Source: Gammaproteobacteria bacterium
GTDB lineage: Bacteria; Pseudomonadota; Gammaproteobacteria; Chromatiales; Chromatiaceae
Direction of reading: 5' to 3'
Assembly (NCBI GenBank): GCA_024227135.1
Contig: JAAELC010000373.1
Span: 4,162 to 68,161 of the forward strand
DNA length: 64,000 nt
Both the position numbers and the translations under genes were made by a program. A model generated the notes under the pieces. The model did no database searches. It was not told where the DNA came from and saw only the letters and a program-made list of their open reading frames with translations. Position 1 is the stretch's first letter. Every line of letters starts with the position of its first letter. This document shows, in pieces, positions 46,836 to 57,718 of the stretch.

Positions 46836-47282
46836 ATGAAACGTTTTTTCAATAGAAACAGGTCAGAGTCGTCAGAGTCGTCAGGGGAGGGACAACTGGA
46901 TGTTGCCAGTGTCAACCAGGAGACCGTACTGATCGTGGAAGACTCACCTACCGAAGCCCACGTGCTCAAGGGAATTCTTAAGCAAGGTGGCTACGGGGTA
47001 TTGACCGCGGTTGATGGTGAAAGCGGGGTTGCTGAGGCCCAACACTCCAAACCTGACCTGATCTTGATGGATGTGGTGATGCCTGGGCTGAACGGTTTTC
47101 AAGCGACCCGGCAGTTGAGTCGTAACCCCGAGACATCCTCCATCCCCATCATCATGGTGACGACCAAGAACCAGGATACCGATCGGGCCTGGGCTTTGAG
47201 ACAGGGTGCCAGAGAGTACGTGGTGAAACCTGTAAAAGCTGACGAGTTACTGAAAAAAATAAGATTTGTTCTCAATGCTTGA
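46836..47282 (+). CDS. pilH: CheY-like response regulator PilH with an N-terminal Ser/Glu-rich extension
   Basis: The receiver domain starts at VLIVEDSPTEAHVL (DVVMPGLNGFQATR, VVKPV). It is preceded by about 27 extra residues containing SESSESSGEG. Confidence 0.85.
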   Translation: MKRFFNRNRSESSESSGEGQLDVASVNQETVLIVEDSPTEAHVLKGILKQGGYGVLTAVDGESGVAEAQHSKPDLILMDVVMPGLNGFQATRQLSRNPETSSIPIIMVTTKNQDTDRAWALRQGAREYVVKPVKADELLKKIRFVLNA

Positions 47283-47841
47283 TAAAGAATTGGATAACTC
47301 ATCGAGTGTGTCCCGGGAGCTTATGCTTCTGCTCAAAGATATGGAGCAGCGCAGCAGGCAGCATGCCGGAGATCTGCCAGATCAGGAAGAGGCACATTGG
47401 CTGTGGGAAGGCATGCTCTTTTACATCACGGGTAGCCCTGTTCTAGCCACTCTCAAAGAGATCAAAGAAATTCTGAACTTTCCCTCGGTCCTGACGATTA
47501 TTCCGGGCACCCGGAAATGGGTCCTGGGTATCGCTAATATTCGTGGCAACCTGCTGCCCGTTATCGACCTGCAGGGCTTCCTGGGAGGTAAAGCGCTCGT
47601 AACGGGTAAACGCAGCCGGGTATTGGTGATAGAGCACAACGGGATTCGGGCCGGCTTGCTGGTTGGTGATGTCAGAGGTATTCGTCACTTCAGCGAGGAA
47701 CAGCGCATCGGGGCTCAGGAATCCAGTGGTCCGCTAAAGGATTTTATCGTGGATGCATTTCAGTCTGACGAGCGAGCGCTGCCAGTGTTCAGCATGGCCA
47801 AACTGACTGAAAGTGCCGAATTTCAGAAAGCATCATTATAA
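47275..47841 (+). CDS. pilI: CheW-like coupling protein PilI
   Basis: CheW domain (GIANIRGNLLPVIDLQGFLGG). The ATG at 47275 overlaps the pilH stop by 8 bp, whereas the track start at 47266 is a TTG. Confidence 0.85.
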   Translation: MLDKELDNSSSVSRELMLLLKDMEQRSRQHAGDLPDQEEAHWLWEGMLFYITGSPVLATLKEIKEILNFPSVLTIIPGTRKWVLGIANIRGNLLPVIDLQGFLGGKALVTGKRSRVLVIEHNGIRAGLLVGDVRGIRHFSEEQRIGAQESSGPLKDFIVDAFQSDERALPVFSMAKLTESAEFQKASL

Positions 47842-47897
47842 CCGCCGGGACAGCATATCCCGTATCCAGACTCAATTTTTTCTAGGGAATTACTTAA

Positions 47898-49925
47898 ATG
47901 AATACACAGCCCGCGGGCAGCAGGACCGCATCCAATCTACTTGTGGCACTGTTGTCGGCAGGATTGATAATAGTATTGTCGCTGGGAGTTCTGTCCATCG
48001 TGTACCTGGTGCGGTGGGATTCGAATGATGAACAGTACTTGATGCGTGCGCAACGCCTGATGGTGGGTACCGAAGAAATAGTGAAGTACTCCAGGCAGGC
48101 TTTGTCATTCGATGCCGATGCTCTGCAGCGACTCCAGAAAACCAGAGATACCATGGATCGGGCGGTTAATGAACTGAAACGTGGAACAGGAAAAGATCTT
48201 CCGGCTGCCCCTGCCGCAGTGAGCACTCAGTTACAGGCATTGGACAGTGTCTGGCCCAAATTGCGGGAGAAAGCCGGGGAGGTACTCGACAGCCAGCAGG
48301 CGATTCAGACCGTTGAGCAGTTTGCGGGTACCATTGAGGATGAAATTCCGCCCCTTCAGAAACTTTCCGGCCAATTGATGGATGTTTTCCTTGAGTCTGG
48401 TATGGAGCCTGCCTGGATTTCCGCTGCAGCTGAGCTGCGCCTGCTTCTGGAGCGCATGGATAAAAGCCTGGCCGGAATATCCATCGGTGGTGACCGTGCG
48501 GAACTGTCCGTTGCGCAACTCAGCGCTGCAGTAGAGCAGTTTTCCCAGAATCTCGAGTTGATGCTCGCTGGAGACGAGGCCCTGGGTATGATGACCACGG
48601 AGAACCCGGATCTGGCAGGGCAGCTTGGTGTTTTGGCGGAATCGTTTGGTGCCGTAACAGACAATACAGCGCGGTTGGTCGATGCGATGCCCACCAATCT
48701 TCCCGGTATCGGCGATATCGATTCCGAATCGGAGAAGGTGGGTGCTGCCGCATCCAGTCTGGTTGAGGTATACCGTCAATCGCCGAGTCGCATCAGTATT
48801 GCCGGGGTTAAAGTGGGTCCCTACACACTGATTTTACTGGGTTTGCTGGCGGCTCTGTTTCTGCTTCTGCTGGTTTATGTGCTGATTTTCAATTCCAGGC
48901 GCCGGGAAGAGGCGAGTCGGTTGCAGAATGAACGAAACCAACAGGCGATTCTCAGGCTTCTGGACGAAATGGGTGACCTGGCGGATGGTGATCTGACCGT
49001 AACCGCAACGGTGACAGAGGATGTAACGGGTGCGATAGCCGATTCCATCAACTACGCCATCGAGGCGCTGCGCAGCCTGGTTACCACTATCAATGAAACA
49101 TCGGCACAGGTATCGAGTTCAGCTCAGGAAACTCGTGCAACCGCCATGCATCTGGCTGAGTCCAGTGAGCATCAGGCCGAACAGATTTCATCAACCACCC
49201 AATCGATTAAAGACATGACGCTCGCTATTGATCAGATATCCCAGGATGCGACCGGTTCCGCTGATATCGCTCAGCACGCAGTGAAAATCGCAGCGAATGG
49301 TGCGGATTCCGTGCGGCATACGATTCATGGAATGGATACGATTCGCGAGCAGATTCAGGAAACCTCCAAGCGGATCAAGCGGCTGGGTGAAAGCTCCCAG
49401 GAAATTGGTGATATCGTTGAGTTGATCGATGACATTGCCGATCAGACCAACATCCTGGCGCTGAATGCGGCCATGCAGGCGGCGATGGCCGGTGAGGCAG
49501 GTCGTGGGTTTGCCGTGGTGGCGGACGAAGTGCAGCGCCTGGCCGAGCGGTCCAGTAACGCTACCAAACAGATAGAGGCATTGGTGAAAACCATCCAGGC
49601 TGATACCAATGAAGCGGTTTCCTCCATGGAAGCGACAACGACAGGAGTGGTGGCCGGTGCGAAACTGTCCGAGGGTGCAGGTGAGGCACTGAAAGAGATT
49701 GAGAATGTATCCCAATCCATATCCGAGCGTATCACCTCGGTGGCTGCTTCGGCCCGCATACAGTCGGCGGCTTCAGATAATATCAATGACACCATGAACG
49801 TGATCCAGGAGATCACAACCCAGACGTCCGATGGAACGGGCCAGACCGCGGCCTCAGTAGGAAATCTCGCTGATCTGGCAGATGATCTGCAACGTTCAGT
49901 ATCCGGTTTTCGCCTGCCGGACTGA
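47898..49925 (+). CDS. pilJ: Methyl-accepting chemotaxis protein PilJ
   Basis: 675 aa with two TM segments flanking a large periplasmic domain. HAMP is present and the highly conserved MCP signalling hairpin is [41 protein letters not shown]. Confidence 0.92.
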   Translation: MNTQPAGSRTASNLLVALLSAGLIIVLSLGVLSIVYLVRWDSNDEQYLMRAQRLMVGTEEIVKYSRQALSFDADALQRLQKTRDTMDRAVNELKRGTGKDLPAAPAAVSTQLQALDSVWPKLREKAGEVLDSQQAIQTVEQFAGTIEDEIPPLQKLSGQLMDVFLESGMEPAWISAAAELRLLLERMDKSLAGISIGGDRAELSVAQLSAAVEQFSQNLELMLAGDEALGMMTTENPDLAGQLGVLAESFGAVTDNTARLVDAMPTNLPGIGDIDSESEKVGAAASSLVEVYRQSPSRISIAGVKVGPYTLILLGLLAALFLLLLVYVLIFNSRRREEASRLQNERNQQAILRLLDEMGDLADGDLTVTATVTEDVTGAIADSINYAIEALRSLVTTINETSAQVSSSAQETRATAMHLAESSEHQAEQISSTTQSIKDMTLAIDQISQDATGSADIAQHAVKIAANGADSVRHTIHGMDTIREQIQETSKRIKRLGESSQEIGDIVELIDDIADQTNILALNAAMQAAMAGEAGRGFAVVADEVQRLAERSSNATKQIEALVKTIQADTNEAVSSMEATTTGVVAGAKLSEGAGEALKEIENVSQSISERITSVAASARIQSAASDNINDTMNVIQEITTQTSDGTGQTAASVGNLADLADDLQRSVSGFRLPD

Positions 49926-50093
49926 TGCGATCCAGCAACACAATTGGTATGCGCTGTTGCCGGTACTCCCTGGATCTTGCAGAGACGGGATGCCGGGTAC
50001 CGACAATACGGCGAGTAGCATGGAATGGCTGTCAGACAATCTGGGTATAACGGTTATGTTCATTAGATTCTCAACAGGGGCGAGTGACAGGGT

Positions 50094-53000
50094 ATGAGGG
50101 AAGCTCAAGACCACAGTGCGCTTAAATGGGTGAGGGAGGAACTCGAGAAGCTGATCGAACAAGCGCGTCACGCCCTTGAAACCTACGTGGATGTCCCGGA
50201 CGACAGGCAATCCATCGAGCAATGCATCACCGCTCTGCACCAGACCCGCGGCACTTTGCAGATGATGCAGCTCGAAGGAGCTGTCATGCTGGCCGAAGAG
50301 ATGGAACGGGTGGCGGTTGCCATGCGGGACAACACGACCAAGCGTGCCAGTGAATCCGCCGAAGCATTGATGCTGGGAATGGTTCAGTTGCCGGAGTACC
50401 TGGAGAAACTCGAAGGGGGGGCTCGGGATATCCCCTTACTGATGATGCCCATGCTCAACGAGCTGCGGGCAACCCGGGGAGAAGCCCAATTATCCGAGCT
50501 GGCACTCTTCGCCCCCGGGCTGGATGAAAGACTGGCTTCGGAGAAGGTTCAGGGCAAGGCCAATCCTGCACTGGAAACCCTCGCTCGACGCAACCGGTTT
50601 CGCTACCACAGCTCTCTGCTGGAATGGTATCAGGGGAACGACGTCAATGGTGGTTTGCTGGGTATAGGTGAGTTGCTGCAGGACCTGGAGCTGGCATCTG
50701 GAACACTGCAACTGAAACGGCTGTTCAGGGTTGGCCGGGCTGCAATCGAACTGCTGCGTGAGAGTGGCGTTAAACCGGGTGTCGCTGCCAAGGAGCTGTT
50801 TGGTCGGCTGGACCGGGAAATCAAAAGAATTATCGATTGCGGGGAGCAGGAAGTTGCCCAAAAGCCCCCTAACGATCTGTTGAAGGACTTTCTTTTCTTC
50901 GTCGTCTATGACGAATCCGGTAATCCGTTGATCGAGGAAGTCAAACGGGAGTTCGGGCTGGAGAATACGATCCTGTCCAAGACGGAGATAGATCGTGAAC
51001 GGCAGGGACTGCATGCGCCAGGGCGGGATCTGATGCAGTCGGTGAAAGGGGCTATCGGTCCTGAACTGACAGCAATCAAAGACGGGGTCGATCTCTATAT
51101 CCGGGACGGAACATCGGATACCAAGCGGCTCGATGTGCTTGAGCAACCCATGCGCCGAATCGCCGATACACTGGGCATGATCGGTCAGGGTGCGCTTCGT
51201 GAGCGGTTGACGCGCCAGGCGGACAGTATCGCTGAATACCGGGGATCGGGTGAGCCGCCTGATGAGCAGGCCCTCATGGCCATGGCCGGCGACATACTCT
51301 ACATTGAAACCTCCCTTGAGAATCTAGCCAGTTCCCGCCACCAGTCGCTGATGCTGGACTCGAGTTCGTTGATGCTGGATTCGGAGGAATCCGGTGCGGC
51401 TCAGCTGCCCCAAGGCGAGTTCGCCCGGCTGGTCGATATGGTGATGCGTGAAGCCGAAGTCGATATGGCCCGAAACAAAGACGCCATTGTCAGCTTTATC
51501 GAAACACCGACAGATAAATCCCTGTTGGCCGAAGTACCCAAGCGCTTCATCTCTATTGCAGGCGCTTTCAAGATCATGGAGCTTTCCCATGCCGCCGGCT
51601 TGTTGGAGGGGTTGTCAGCCTATGTAGAGAGCAGTTTTCTATCCAGTGATATGCCGGAGACTGAGGATCTCAATCTCTTTGCCGATGCGCTCACTGCTGT
51701 CGAGTACTACATGCAGGCCATCTCCGAGGGGCGTGGAATCCAGGAGGAGGTACTGCTTGTTGCCGAGGAAGCGCTCAGCCAGTTGATGGGTGAACCGCTG
51801 GAGATTCCTCCGGTTGAGGTTCTGGGACCGGTGAACCAGGTCCCTGAGTCACCTGATCAAACCGCGGTGTCTGTGGATGAGAGCCCGGAACCGCTGGAAC
51901 AGCCGGAGGTTATTACCGGTTCCGACGAAGAGTCGGCTGGCGAAGAGATCGATGATGAGATCCTGGAAATATTCATCGAGGAAGCACGATCGGAGATCGA
52001 GAGCATCGATGAAAATCTGCTCCGCTGGGTCATGAATCAGGATGACCGGGAGGCGATGGCGACATTGCGCCGGTCATTTCATACCCTTAAAGGAAGCGGA
52101 CGATTGGTGGGTGCGTTGACCATCGGTGAATTCTGCTGGTCGATCGAAAATCTTCTCAATCGGGTTATCGATGGTACAGCATCCGTTTCACCGGAAATGC
52201 TGGAACTGCTGGAGCAGACCAGGAAAGCTCTGCCAGGACTCGTGGATGCTCAGGAAGCTGGTCGTTCCCATGATGTGGATCTGAACCCCCTGATGGAGAA
52301 GGCATTCGCTCTGTCTGTTCAGGAGACACCCTCCTCGACTATGGGAGCAGGGGATGGTGAAGATATTCCGGAGACTGAACCGGAAGCAGCAGAGGACACT
52401 CGCTCTGCCGGTTCCTCATCTCCAGGAGACGTTGTAGTGCCGTTTCCCGGAAGGATCGATGCTGTTGAAGTACCGGATGTACCCGGTTTCGATCCCGCTG
52501 CTCCCGATGTCGGGTCGGAACCGGACCTGCCACCACCCATCGAACTGGATGCGGAGCTGTTGTCGATATTCGATAAAGAGACGAAAGGACATCTGGACAC
52601 CTTGCGGCGGTTTCTCGATGAGTGTCGCCGGAACCCCGATTCCTGTGACATTGGTACCAGTGATGTGGAGCGGGCATTGCACACACTCCATGGGAGTGCG
52701 GACATGGCCGGCGTGGAGGCCATTGCCGAGATCAGCGGGGGACTGGAGTCCTGGGTCAAGGAGATGAAACCTGTCACCACAGCGGTGGATGAACGGGTTC
52801 TGGATCTTGTGGACCGCTGTACGGTATCCATGGCAGCGGTTCTTGGGGTCATCAACGTTCCCGGTGGTGAGTTGCCGGATTGGCAGGCACTGACTGTTGA
52901 GATAGAGCAGGCCCGGGATTCCCTGAGTCAGGAGCAGGAAGTACAGGAAATACAGAAAGTACAGGAACAGCAGTTGGAGGCCACCGGGGCATCGGTGAGC

Positions 53001-55547
53001 CACGACAAACAACCCGAGCCACTCTCCACTGTTGCTGGTTCGGCGTACGAGTTTGAGAATCTGGACGGAGATGCAGAGCTCACCGAGATATTTCTCGAAG
53101 AAGCGAAGGAGTTGCTCGAATCCGTAGAGGGTTCTTTGAGTCATTGGGAGCAGGAACCTGATTCGGCTGAACCCGTTGCTGATCTTAAAAGAACGCTCCA
53201 CACGCTCAAGGGCGGGTCCCGGCTGGCTGGAGCCATGCCGGTGGGCGAACTGAGTCATACCTTCGAATCGTTGCTGAGTGAAATCGATCAGGCGCGCATG
53301 ACAGCGACACCTGAGGTCCTTGGTCTTTCAAGGGAGGTGACTGATCGACTTGCAGAACAGATAGAAGATATCGAGCAGAGCCCGAGGGTGCGCAAATGCG
53401 ATGACCTCATCGTTCGGCTGGAGCGGTTGATCGCCGGAGAAAAGGAGCCGCCCAAAGCAGAGAAGCAGGAAGTACCTGATGTTGCTGAGTCGGATTTGGA
53501 CGTCCAACAGGATCAGGTTGCTGAAACCGGGGCGGAAGGGGATACCGTTGCTGAGAAAGGTGCAGTTGAAGCAGCAACAGCAAAGGATGCTGCTGATAAG
53601 CCCAAGAAAAAGAAGAGTGAGCAGATAGAGCAATGGCAGTCGCCAGCGGCCACTCTTGAGCACAAACAACCGGCCAGCACTGCGCCGGAGCCCCGATCCA
53701 CTCGAGCTCTCCGGTCCCGGGATATTATCCGGGTGCCAGCGGATGACCTCGATCGGTTGGTCAACAACGCTGGTGAAGTCAGTATCTTCCGCGCTCGACT
53801 GGAGCAGCAGAACACCGCCCTGGGCTTTAATCTCTCGGAGTTGGAGCAGACGGTGGTACGCCTGCGCGCCCAGCTGCGGAAACTGGAGATCGAAACTGAG
53901 ACCCAGATTCTCTTCCGTTACGAAAGAGACAAGCAGGAAGACAGACTGGAAGAGGCCTTTGATCCGCTGGAGCTGGATCGGTTCTCTAACATGCAGCAGC
54001 TGTCTCGTGGACTGTTGGAAACGGTAAACGATCTTGCCAATATCAATGGCTTTCTGGATGAGCTGCGAAAGGAAACTGACACGCTGTTATTGCAACAGTC
54101 CCGAGTGTCGACTGATTTACAGGATGGGTTGCTGCGTACACGAATGGTTCCATTCGCACAGCTTGTTCCCCGGTTGCAGCGGGTTGTGCGCCAGACTGCC
54201 GCAACCTTGGGTAAGAAAGTCGATATGCAGGTGAACCGGGCCGAAGGGGAGCTCGATCGTGGCATATTGGATCGAATAATCGGTCCCCTCGAGCACATTC
54301 TTCGAAACGCGGTATCTCACGGCATAGAAATGCCGAAAGAGCGAAAAAGCGCGGGTAAGAAGGAGACTGGCCGGATTCTTCTGGATCTGAATCGGGAAGG
54401 TAACGATGTCATTCTGACCATCTCCGATGATGGCAAAGGCATCAATATTGAGTCCATTCGCAAGCACGCGATCAAGATGGGACTGCTGGATCCCAAAGCC
54501 GATGTCCCGGAAAGCGATATTCTGCAATTTGTGCTGGAGCATGGTTTCAGTACCCAGCAGGAGGTCAATCAGATATCGGGTCGTGGCGTCGGGCTTGATG
54601 TTGTTGTGAAGGAAGTCAAGCAGCTGGGTGGGGCGCTGGAGATCAAGTCGTCCCTGGGTCAGGGGACCGGATTTATTCTGCGACTCCCATTGACACTTGC
54701 CATTACTGATGCATTGGTGGTGGAAATGGGTGATGAAATCTACGCTATTCCCCATTCCAGTATCGAAGGTGTCGTACGCTTGAGCAGAAAGCAGTTGCTC
54801 GACAGTTACGAGGGCCGGATGGATCGTTACAACTACGCAGAGCATGATTACCAGGTGCGCTACCTGGGCGGTCTGCTGAATGCCAGTCCTCCCAGTCTGC
54901 CTGATTCACGAAAGTGGTTCCCATTGTTGCTGGTCAGAGCAGGCGAACACCGTGTTGCGTTGCAGGTGGACAATATTCTAGGGAACCGTCAGATTGTCGT
55001 AAAATCAGTAGGCCCCCAGATCAGTACGGTGCGCTGGATTTCCGGAGGAACCATACTGGCAGATGGACGGGTCGCGCTGATTCTTGATGTGACCGCTCTG
55101 GTGCGCATGGACGCGGCACAGAAAGTGCTCACCCGAGCCGAGGATGCAGGACAGCCAGGGCAGGCCGCGGAAGAGAAGCTGGTCATGGTTGTGGATGACT
55201 CCATCACGGTCCGTAAAGTGACTGGTCGAATTCTGGAAAGACACGGGATGCGTGTGGTCACGGCCAAGGATGGTGTGGATGCGGTGACTGCACTGCAGGA
55301 ATATCATCCTGATTTGATGCTGTTGGATATTGAAATGCCGCGGATGGATGGTTACGAACTTGCGCGGCATATGCGCCACACCAGGGAGTTGGAAGATATT
55401 CCGATTATCATGATCACTTCCCGGACCGGTGAAAAACACCGAAGACTGGCCATGGAGGTCGGTGTGACGCGTTATCTGGGTAAACCCTACCAGGAGATTG
55501 AGCTTCTGGAAAATATCAACGATGTGCTTTCCGGAGCGGATGAGTGA
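50094..55547 (+). CDS. chpA: ChpA/PilL hybrid CheA-type histidine kinase (multi-Hpt, HATPase, CheW, receiver)
   Basis: 1817 aa with several Hpt-like modules (LHQTRGTL, FHTLKGSGRL, LHTLHGSADM, LHTLKGGSRL). Further domains are a CheA dimerisation/HATPase region (HILRNAVSHGIE, DDGKGI, GRGVGLDVV), a CheW domain and a C-terminal REC (VVDDSITVRK...LLDIEMPRMDG). Confidence 0.93.
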   Translation: MREAQDHSALKWVREELEKLIEQARHALETYVDVPDDRQSIEQCITALHQTRGTLQMMQLEGAVMLAEEMERVAVAMRDNTTKRASESAEALMLGMVQLPEYLEKLEGGARDIPLLMMPMLNELRATRGEAQLSELALFAPGLDERLASEKVQGKANPALETLARRNRFRYHSSLLEWYQGNDVNGGLLGIGELLQDLELASGTLQLKRLFRVGRAAIELLRESGVKPGVAAKELFGRLDREIKRIIDCGEQEVAQKPPNDLLKDFLFFVVYDESGNPLIEEVKREFGLENTILSKTEIDRERQGLHAPGRDLMQSVKGAIGPELTAIKDGVDLYIRDGTSDTKRLDVLEQPMRRIADTLGMIGQGALRERLTRQADSIAEYRGSGEPPDEQALMAMAGDILYIETSLENLASSRHQSLMLDSSSLMLDSEESGAAQLPQGEFARLVDMVMREAEVDMARNKDAIVSFIETPTDKSLLAEVPKRFISIAGAFKIMELSHAAGLLEGLSAYVESSFLSSDMPETEDLNLFADALTAVEYYMQAISEGRGIQEEVLLVAEEALSQLMGEPLEIPPVEVLGPVNQVPESPDQTAVSVDESPEPLEQPEVITGSDEESAGEEIDDEILEIFIEEARSEIESIDENLLRWVMNQDDREAMATLRRSFHTLKGSGRLVGALTIGEFCWSIENLLNRVIDGTASVSPEMLELLEQTRKALPGLVDAQEAGRSHDVDLNPLMEKAFALSVQETPSSTMGAGDGEDIPETEPEAAEDTRSAGSSSPGDVVVPFPGRIDAVEVPDVPGFDPAAPDVGSEPDLPPPIELDAELLSIFDKETKGHLDTLRRFLDECRRNPDSCDIGTSDVERALHTLHGSADMAGVEAIAEISGGLESWVKEMKPVTTAVDERVLDLVDRCTVSMAAVLGVINVPGGELPDWQALTVEIEQARDSLSQEQEVQEIQKVQEQQLEATGASVSHDKQPEPLSTVAGSAYEFENLDGDAELTEIFLEEAKELLESVEGSLSHWEQEPDSAEPVADLKRTLHTLKGGSRLAGAMPVGELSHTFESLLSEIDQARMTATPEVLGLSREVTDRLAEQIEDIEQSPRVRKCDDLIVRLERLIAGEKEPPKAEKQEVPDVAESDLDVQQDQVAETGAEGDTVAEKGAVEAATAKDAADKPKKKKSEQIEQWQSPAATLEHKQPASTAPEPRSTRALRSRDIIRVPADDLDRLVNNAGEVSIFRARLEQQNTALGFNLSELEQTVVRLRAQLRKLEIETETQILFRYERDKQEDRLEEAFDPLELDRFSNMQQLSRGLLETVNDLANINGFLDELRKETDTLLLQQSRVSTDLQDGLLRTRMVPFAQLVPRLQRVVRQTAATLGKKVDMQVNRAEGELDRGILDRIIGPLEHILRNAVSHGIEMPKERKSAGKKETGRILLDLNREGNDVILTISDDGKGINIESIRKHAIKMGLLDPKADVPESDILQFVLEHGFSTQQEVNQISGRGVGLDVVVKEVKQLGGALEIKSSLGQGTGFILRLPLTLAITDALVVEMGDEIYAIPHSSIEGVVRLSRKQLLDSYEGRMDRYNYAEHDYQVRYLGGLLNASPPSLPDSRKWFPLLLVRAGEHRVALQVDNILGNRQIVVKSVGPQISTVRWISGGTILADGRVALILDVTALVRMDAAQKVLTRAEDAGQPGQAAEEKLVMVVDDSITVRKVTGRILERHGMRVVTAKDGVDAVTALQEYHPDLMLLDIEMPRMDGYELARHMRHTRELEDIPIIMITSRTGEKHRRLAMEVGVTRYLGKPYQEIELLENINDVLSGADE

Positions 55548-56014
55548 GTAAGGATCTGTCCCCATTAGAGGTGCGAGGTGTGCTGTTACCCCTGCGCGCC
55601 GGACAATTGCTGATTCCAAATGCCAGCCTCTGTGAAGTGGTGGGGTATCAGCACCCGGAGGACATTGACGGAAAGTCACCGGATTGGCTGCTGGGTACGG
55701 TGCATTGGCGTCAACGTAACGTTCCCCTGGTCTCATTCGAGTCGTTGACCGGGGCATCGGTAAAACCGGTAGGGCAGCGGGCACGGATAGCGATGTGCTA
55801 CACCCTCAACGGGAATTCTGATCGACCCTTTATCGGGATTTTGTTGCGCTCCATTCCACATCTGGTGAGGGTCATGGAATCGGTGATCAAACCACTGGGT
55901 GATCCTGAAGAGTTTGGCCCCATGGTGGCCGGGCACTTACAGATTGGTGGGCAGGAAGCCTGGATTCCTGATATGGATGTTCTGGAGAGCGCTCTGGAAG
56001 ATATTCTGGACTGA
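55544..56014 (+). CDS. chpC: CheW-like protein ChpC
   Basis: 156 aa with a CheW-like fold (LLPLRAGQLLIPNASLCEVV). It overlaps the chpA stop by 4 bp. Confidence 0.75.
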   Translation: MSKDLSPLEVRGVLLPLRAGQLLIPNASLCEVVGYQHPEDIDGKSPDWLLGTVHWRQRNVPLVSFESLTGASVKPVGQRARIAMCYTLNGNSDRPFIGILLRSIPHLVRVMESVIKPLGDPEEFGPMVAGHLQIGGQEAWIPDMDVLESALEDILD

Positions 56015-56078
56015 TACGTCTGTCAGATAGGCTTCGCTGGAAGTTTGGCACGGGCTTTTATAACCTCGGCAGCATGGG

Positions 56079-56810
56079 TCAGCGAAAATCTCCCCACAGC
56101 ATCTGTATGGCAGCGATTGCGGCCAGGGGCGCAGTTTCAGTACGCAATACCCGGGGACCCAGGCGTGTGCCTGTATATCCGGTGTTTTCGGCAAGCTGCC
56201 TTTCGGTGTCCGACAGACCACCTTCAGGACCTACCAGTAGATCGACACCCTTTTCGGGTGCCTCCAGGCGGTTCAGCGTGTTCACTGAGCGATGATCGAG
56301 TAGCAGCCCCATACGGCTTCGCGGACGTTCCAGCCACTCTTCAAATGGGAGGGCATGTTCCAGTTCTGGTATCCGGTTTCTTCCTGACTGGCCGCATGCC
56401 GCGATGATAACCCCGCGCCAGTGTTCGAGGCGTTTTGTCCGACGTTCCGGGGGAAGTCTGACCACACAGCGATCGGTGATCAGTGGGGTGATGCAGGTGA
56501 CACCGAGTTCCACCGATTTCTGTACCACCGTATCCATGCGGTCCCCTTTTGATATGCCGATGGCAAGGTGGATGGGCAGCGAAGGCACCGGTTCCATTTC
56601 TGACTGGACCAGGGTCTCGGCCGTGGCAGATCCTCTTCCCAGGGTTGTCAACCGCGCACTGTACTCCCTCCCATCTCCGTTAAAGAGGGAGATCAGGTCG
56701 CCAGCTTCGAGTCTCAACACCTTCGTCAGGTGATGCGCCGGGCCTCTCTCCAGTTTTAGGAGGGTCCCGGCCGTCAATGATTCCTGGACGAATATCCTGG
56801 GCAGGCGCAT
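56079..56810 (-). CDS. rsmE: 16S rRNA (uracil1498-N3)-methyltransferase RsmE
   Basis: MRLPRIFV N-terminus and the C-terminal SPOUT motif LLVGPEGGLSDTE...LGPRVLRTETAPLAA. Confidence 0.9.
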   Translation of the reverse strand: MRLPRIFVQESLTAGTLLKLERGPAHHLTKVLRLEAGDLISLFNGDGREYSARLTTLGRGSATAETLVQSEMEPVPSLPIHLAIGISKGDRMDTVVQKSVELGVTCITPLITDRCVVRLPPERRTKRLEHWRGVIIAACGQSGRNRIPELEHALPFEEWLERPRSRMGLLLDHRSVNTLNRLEAPEKGVDLLVGPEGGLSDTERQLAENTGYTGTRLGPRVLRTETAPLAAIAAIQMLWGDFR

Positions 56811-56863
56811 ATCAAAGCATCGTTTGTTGATTCAGGAGGATACAGTGATGCTCTTTGGTCCGG

Positions 56864-57718
56864 TTATCGGGCAGACAGACCCAGGTTTTTCCAAATGGTC
56901 TGGCTGGGCCCGGATTGATTCATGGTGTAAAAATGGAGCCCCGGTGCACCTTGATCCAGTAGTTTTTGACAGAGTTCGGTTACGACATCGATGCCAAATG
57001 CCCTTATGCTCTCGATGTCATCGGCAAAGCCCTGTAAGCGTCTGCGAATCCAGCGCGGAATCTCAGCCCCGCAGGCGTCTGAAAAGCGTCCCAGTTGGGT
57101 ATAGTTGTTGATAGGCATTATCCCCGGAACGATGGGAATCTCCAGATTCAGCTGTTCGCAGCTGTCCACGAAACGGTAGTAGCCGTCGGGGTTGTAGAAG
57201 TACTGGGTGATCGCACCATTGGCGCCAGCGTCGATCTTTCGTTTGAAGTTTACCAGATCGGCCATGGCATCCGGTGCCTGGGGGTGAAATTCCGGGTAAG
57301 CGGCCACCTCGATGTGGAAATGATCTCCGGTGACCGAGCGGATAAAGTCCACCAGCTCGTTGGCATAGCGAAAGTCTCCTCCCCCGCCCATCCCGGAAGG
57401 CATATCACCCCGTAAAGCCACGATGCGTTTGATGCCCTCCTGCTGATAGCGCTCCAGCAGTTCCCGGATGTGTTCCCGGGAAGAGCCAATGCAGGAGATG
57501 TGGGGGGCTGTGTCCAGTTGCTGGGCACGCAACCAGGTCACCGTATCCAGTGTTTTATCCCGGGTAGACCCCCCCGCACCGTAGGTGACCGAGAAAAAGC
57601 GGGGGTTCAGCGTCGACAACCTGCGGACGGTGGATTTCATTTTCTCCATCCCGGTTTCGGTTTTGGGAGGGAACAGTTCAAAACTGAAAGTGGGTTGGTA
57701 TTTTTTCTGTGATTCCAC
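56864..57718 (-). CDS. metF: Methylenetetrahydrofolate reductase
   Basis: FSFELFPPKT and SVTYGAGGSTR motifs, 284 aa, with an apparent GTG start. Confidence 0.92.
   Translation of the reverse strand: MESQKKYQPTFSFELFPPKTETGMEKMKSTVRRLSTLNPRFFSVTYGAGGSTRDKTLDTVTWLRAQQLDTAPHISCIGSSREHIRELLERYQQEGIKRIVALRGDMPSGMGGGGDFRYANELVDFIRSVTGDHFHIEVAAYPEFHPQAPDAMADLVNFKRKIDAGANGAITQYFYNPDGYYRFVDSCEQLNLEIPIVPGIMPINNYTQLGRFSDACGAEIPRWIRRRLQGFADDIESIRAFGIDVVTELCQKLLDQGAPGLHFYTMNQSGPSQTIWKNLGLSAR

Noticed and set aside
51347-51385. A short tandem duplication inside chpA encoding SLMLDSSSLMLDSEES.
   Set aside because: It is in frame within a low-complexity linker between Hpt modules of a very large protein, which is ordinary linker variability.
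56046-56062. TGGCACGGGCTTTTATA between chpC and rsmE, which looks like a sigma-54 -24 box.
   Set aside because: The -12 GC element is missing (TTTAT instead of TTGCA), and the site lies in a convergent gap facing the 3' end of rsmE.
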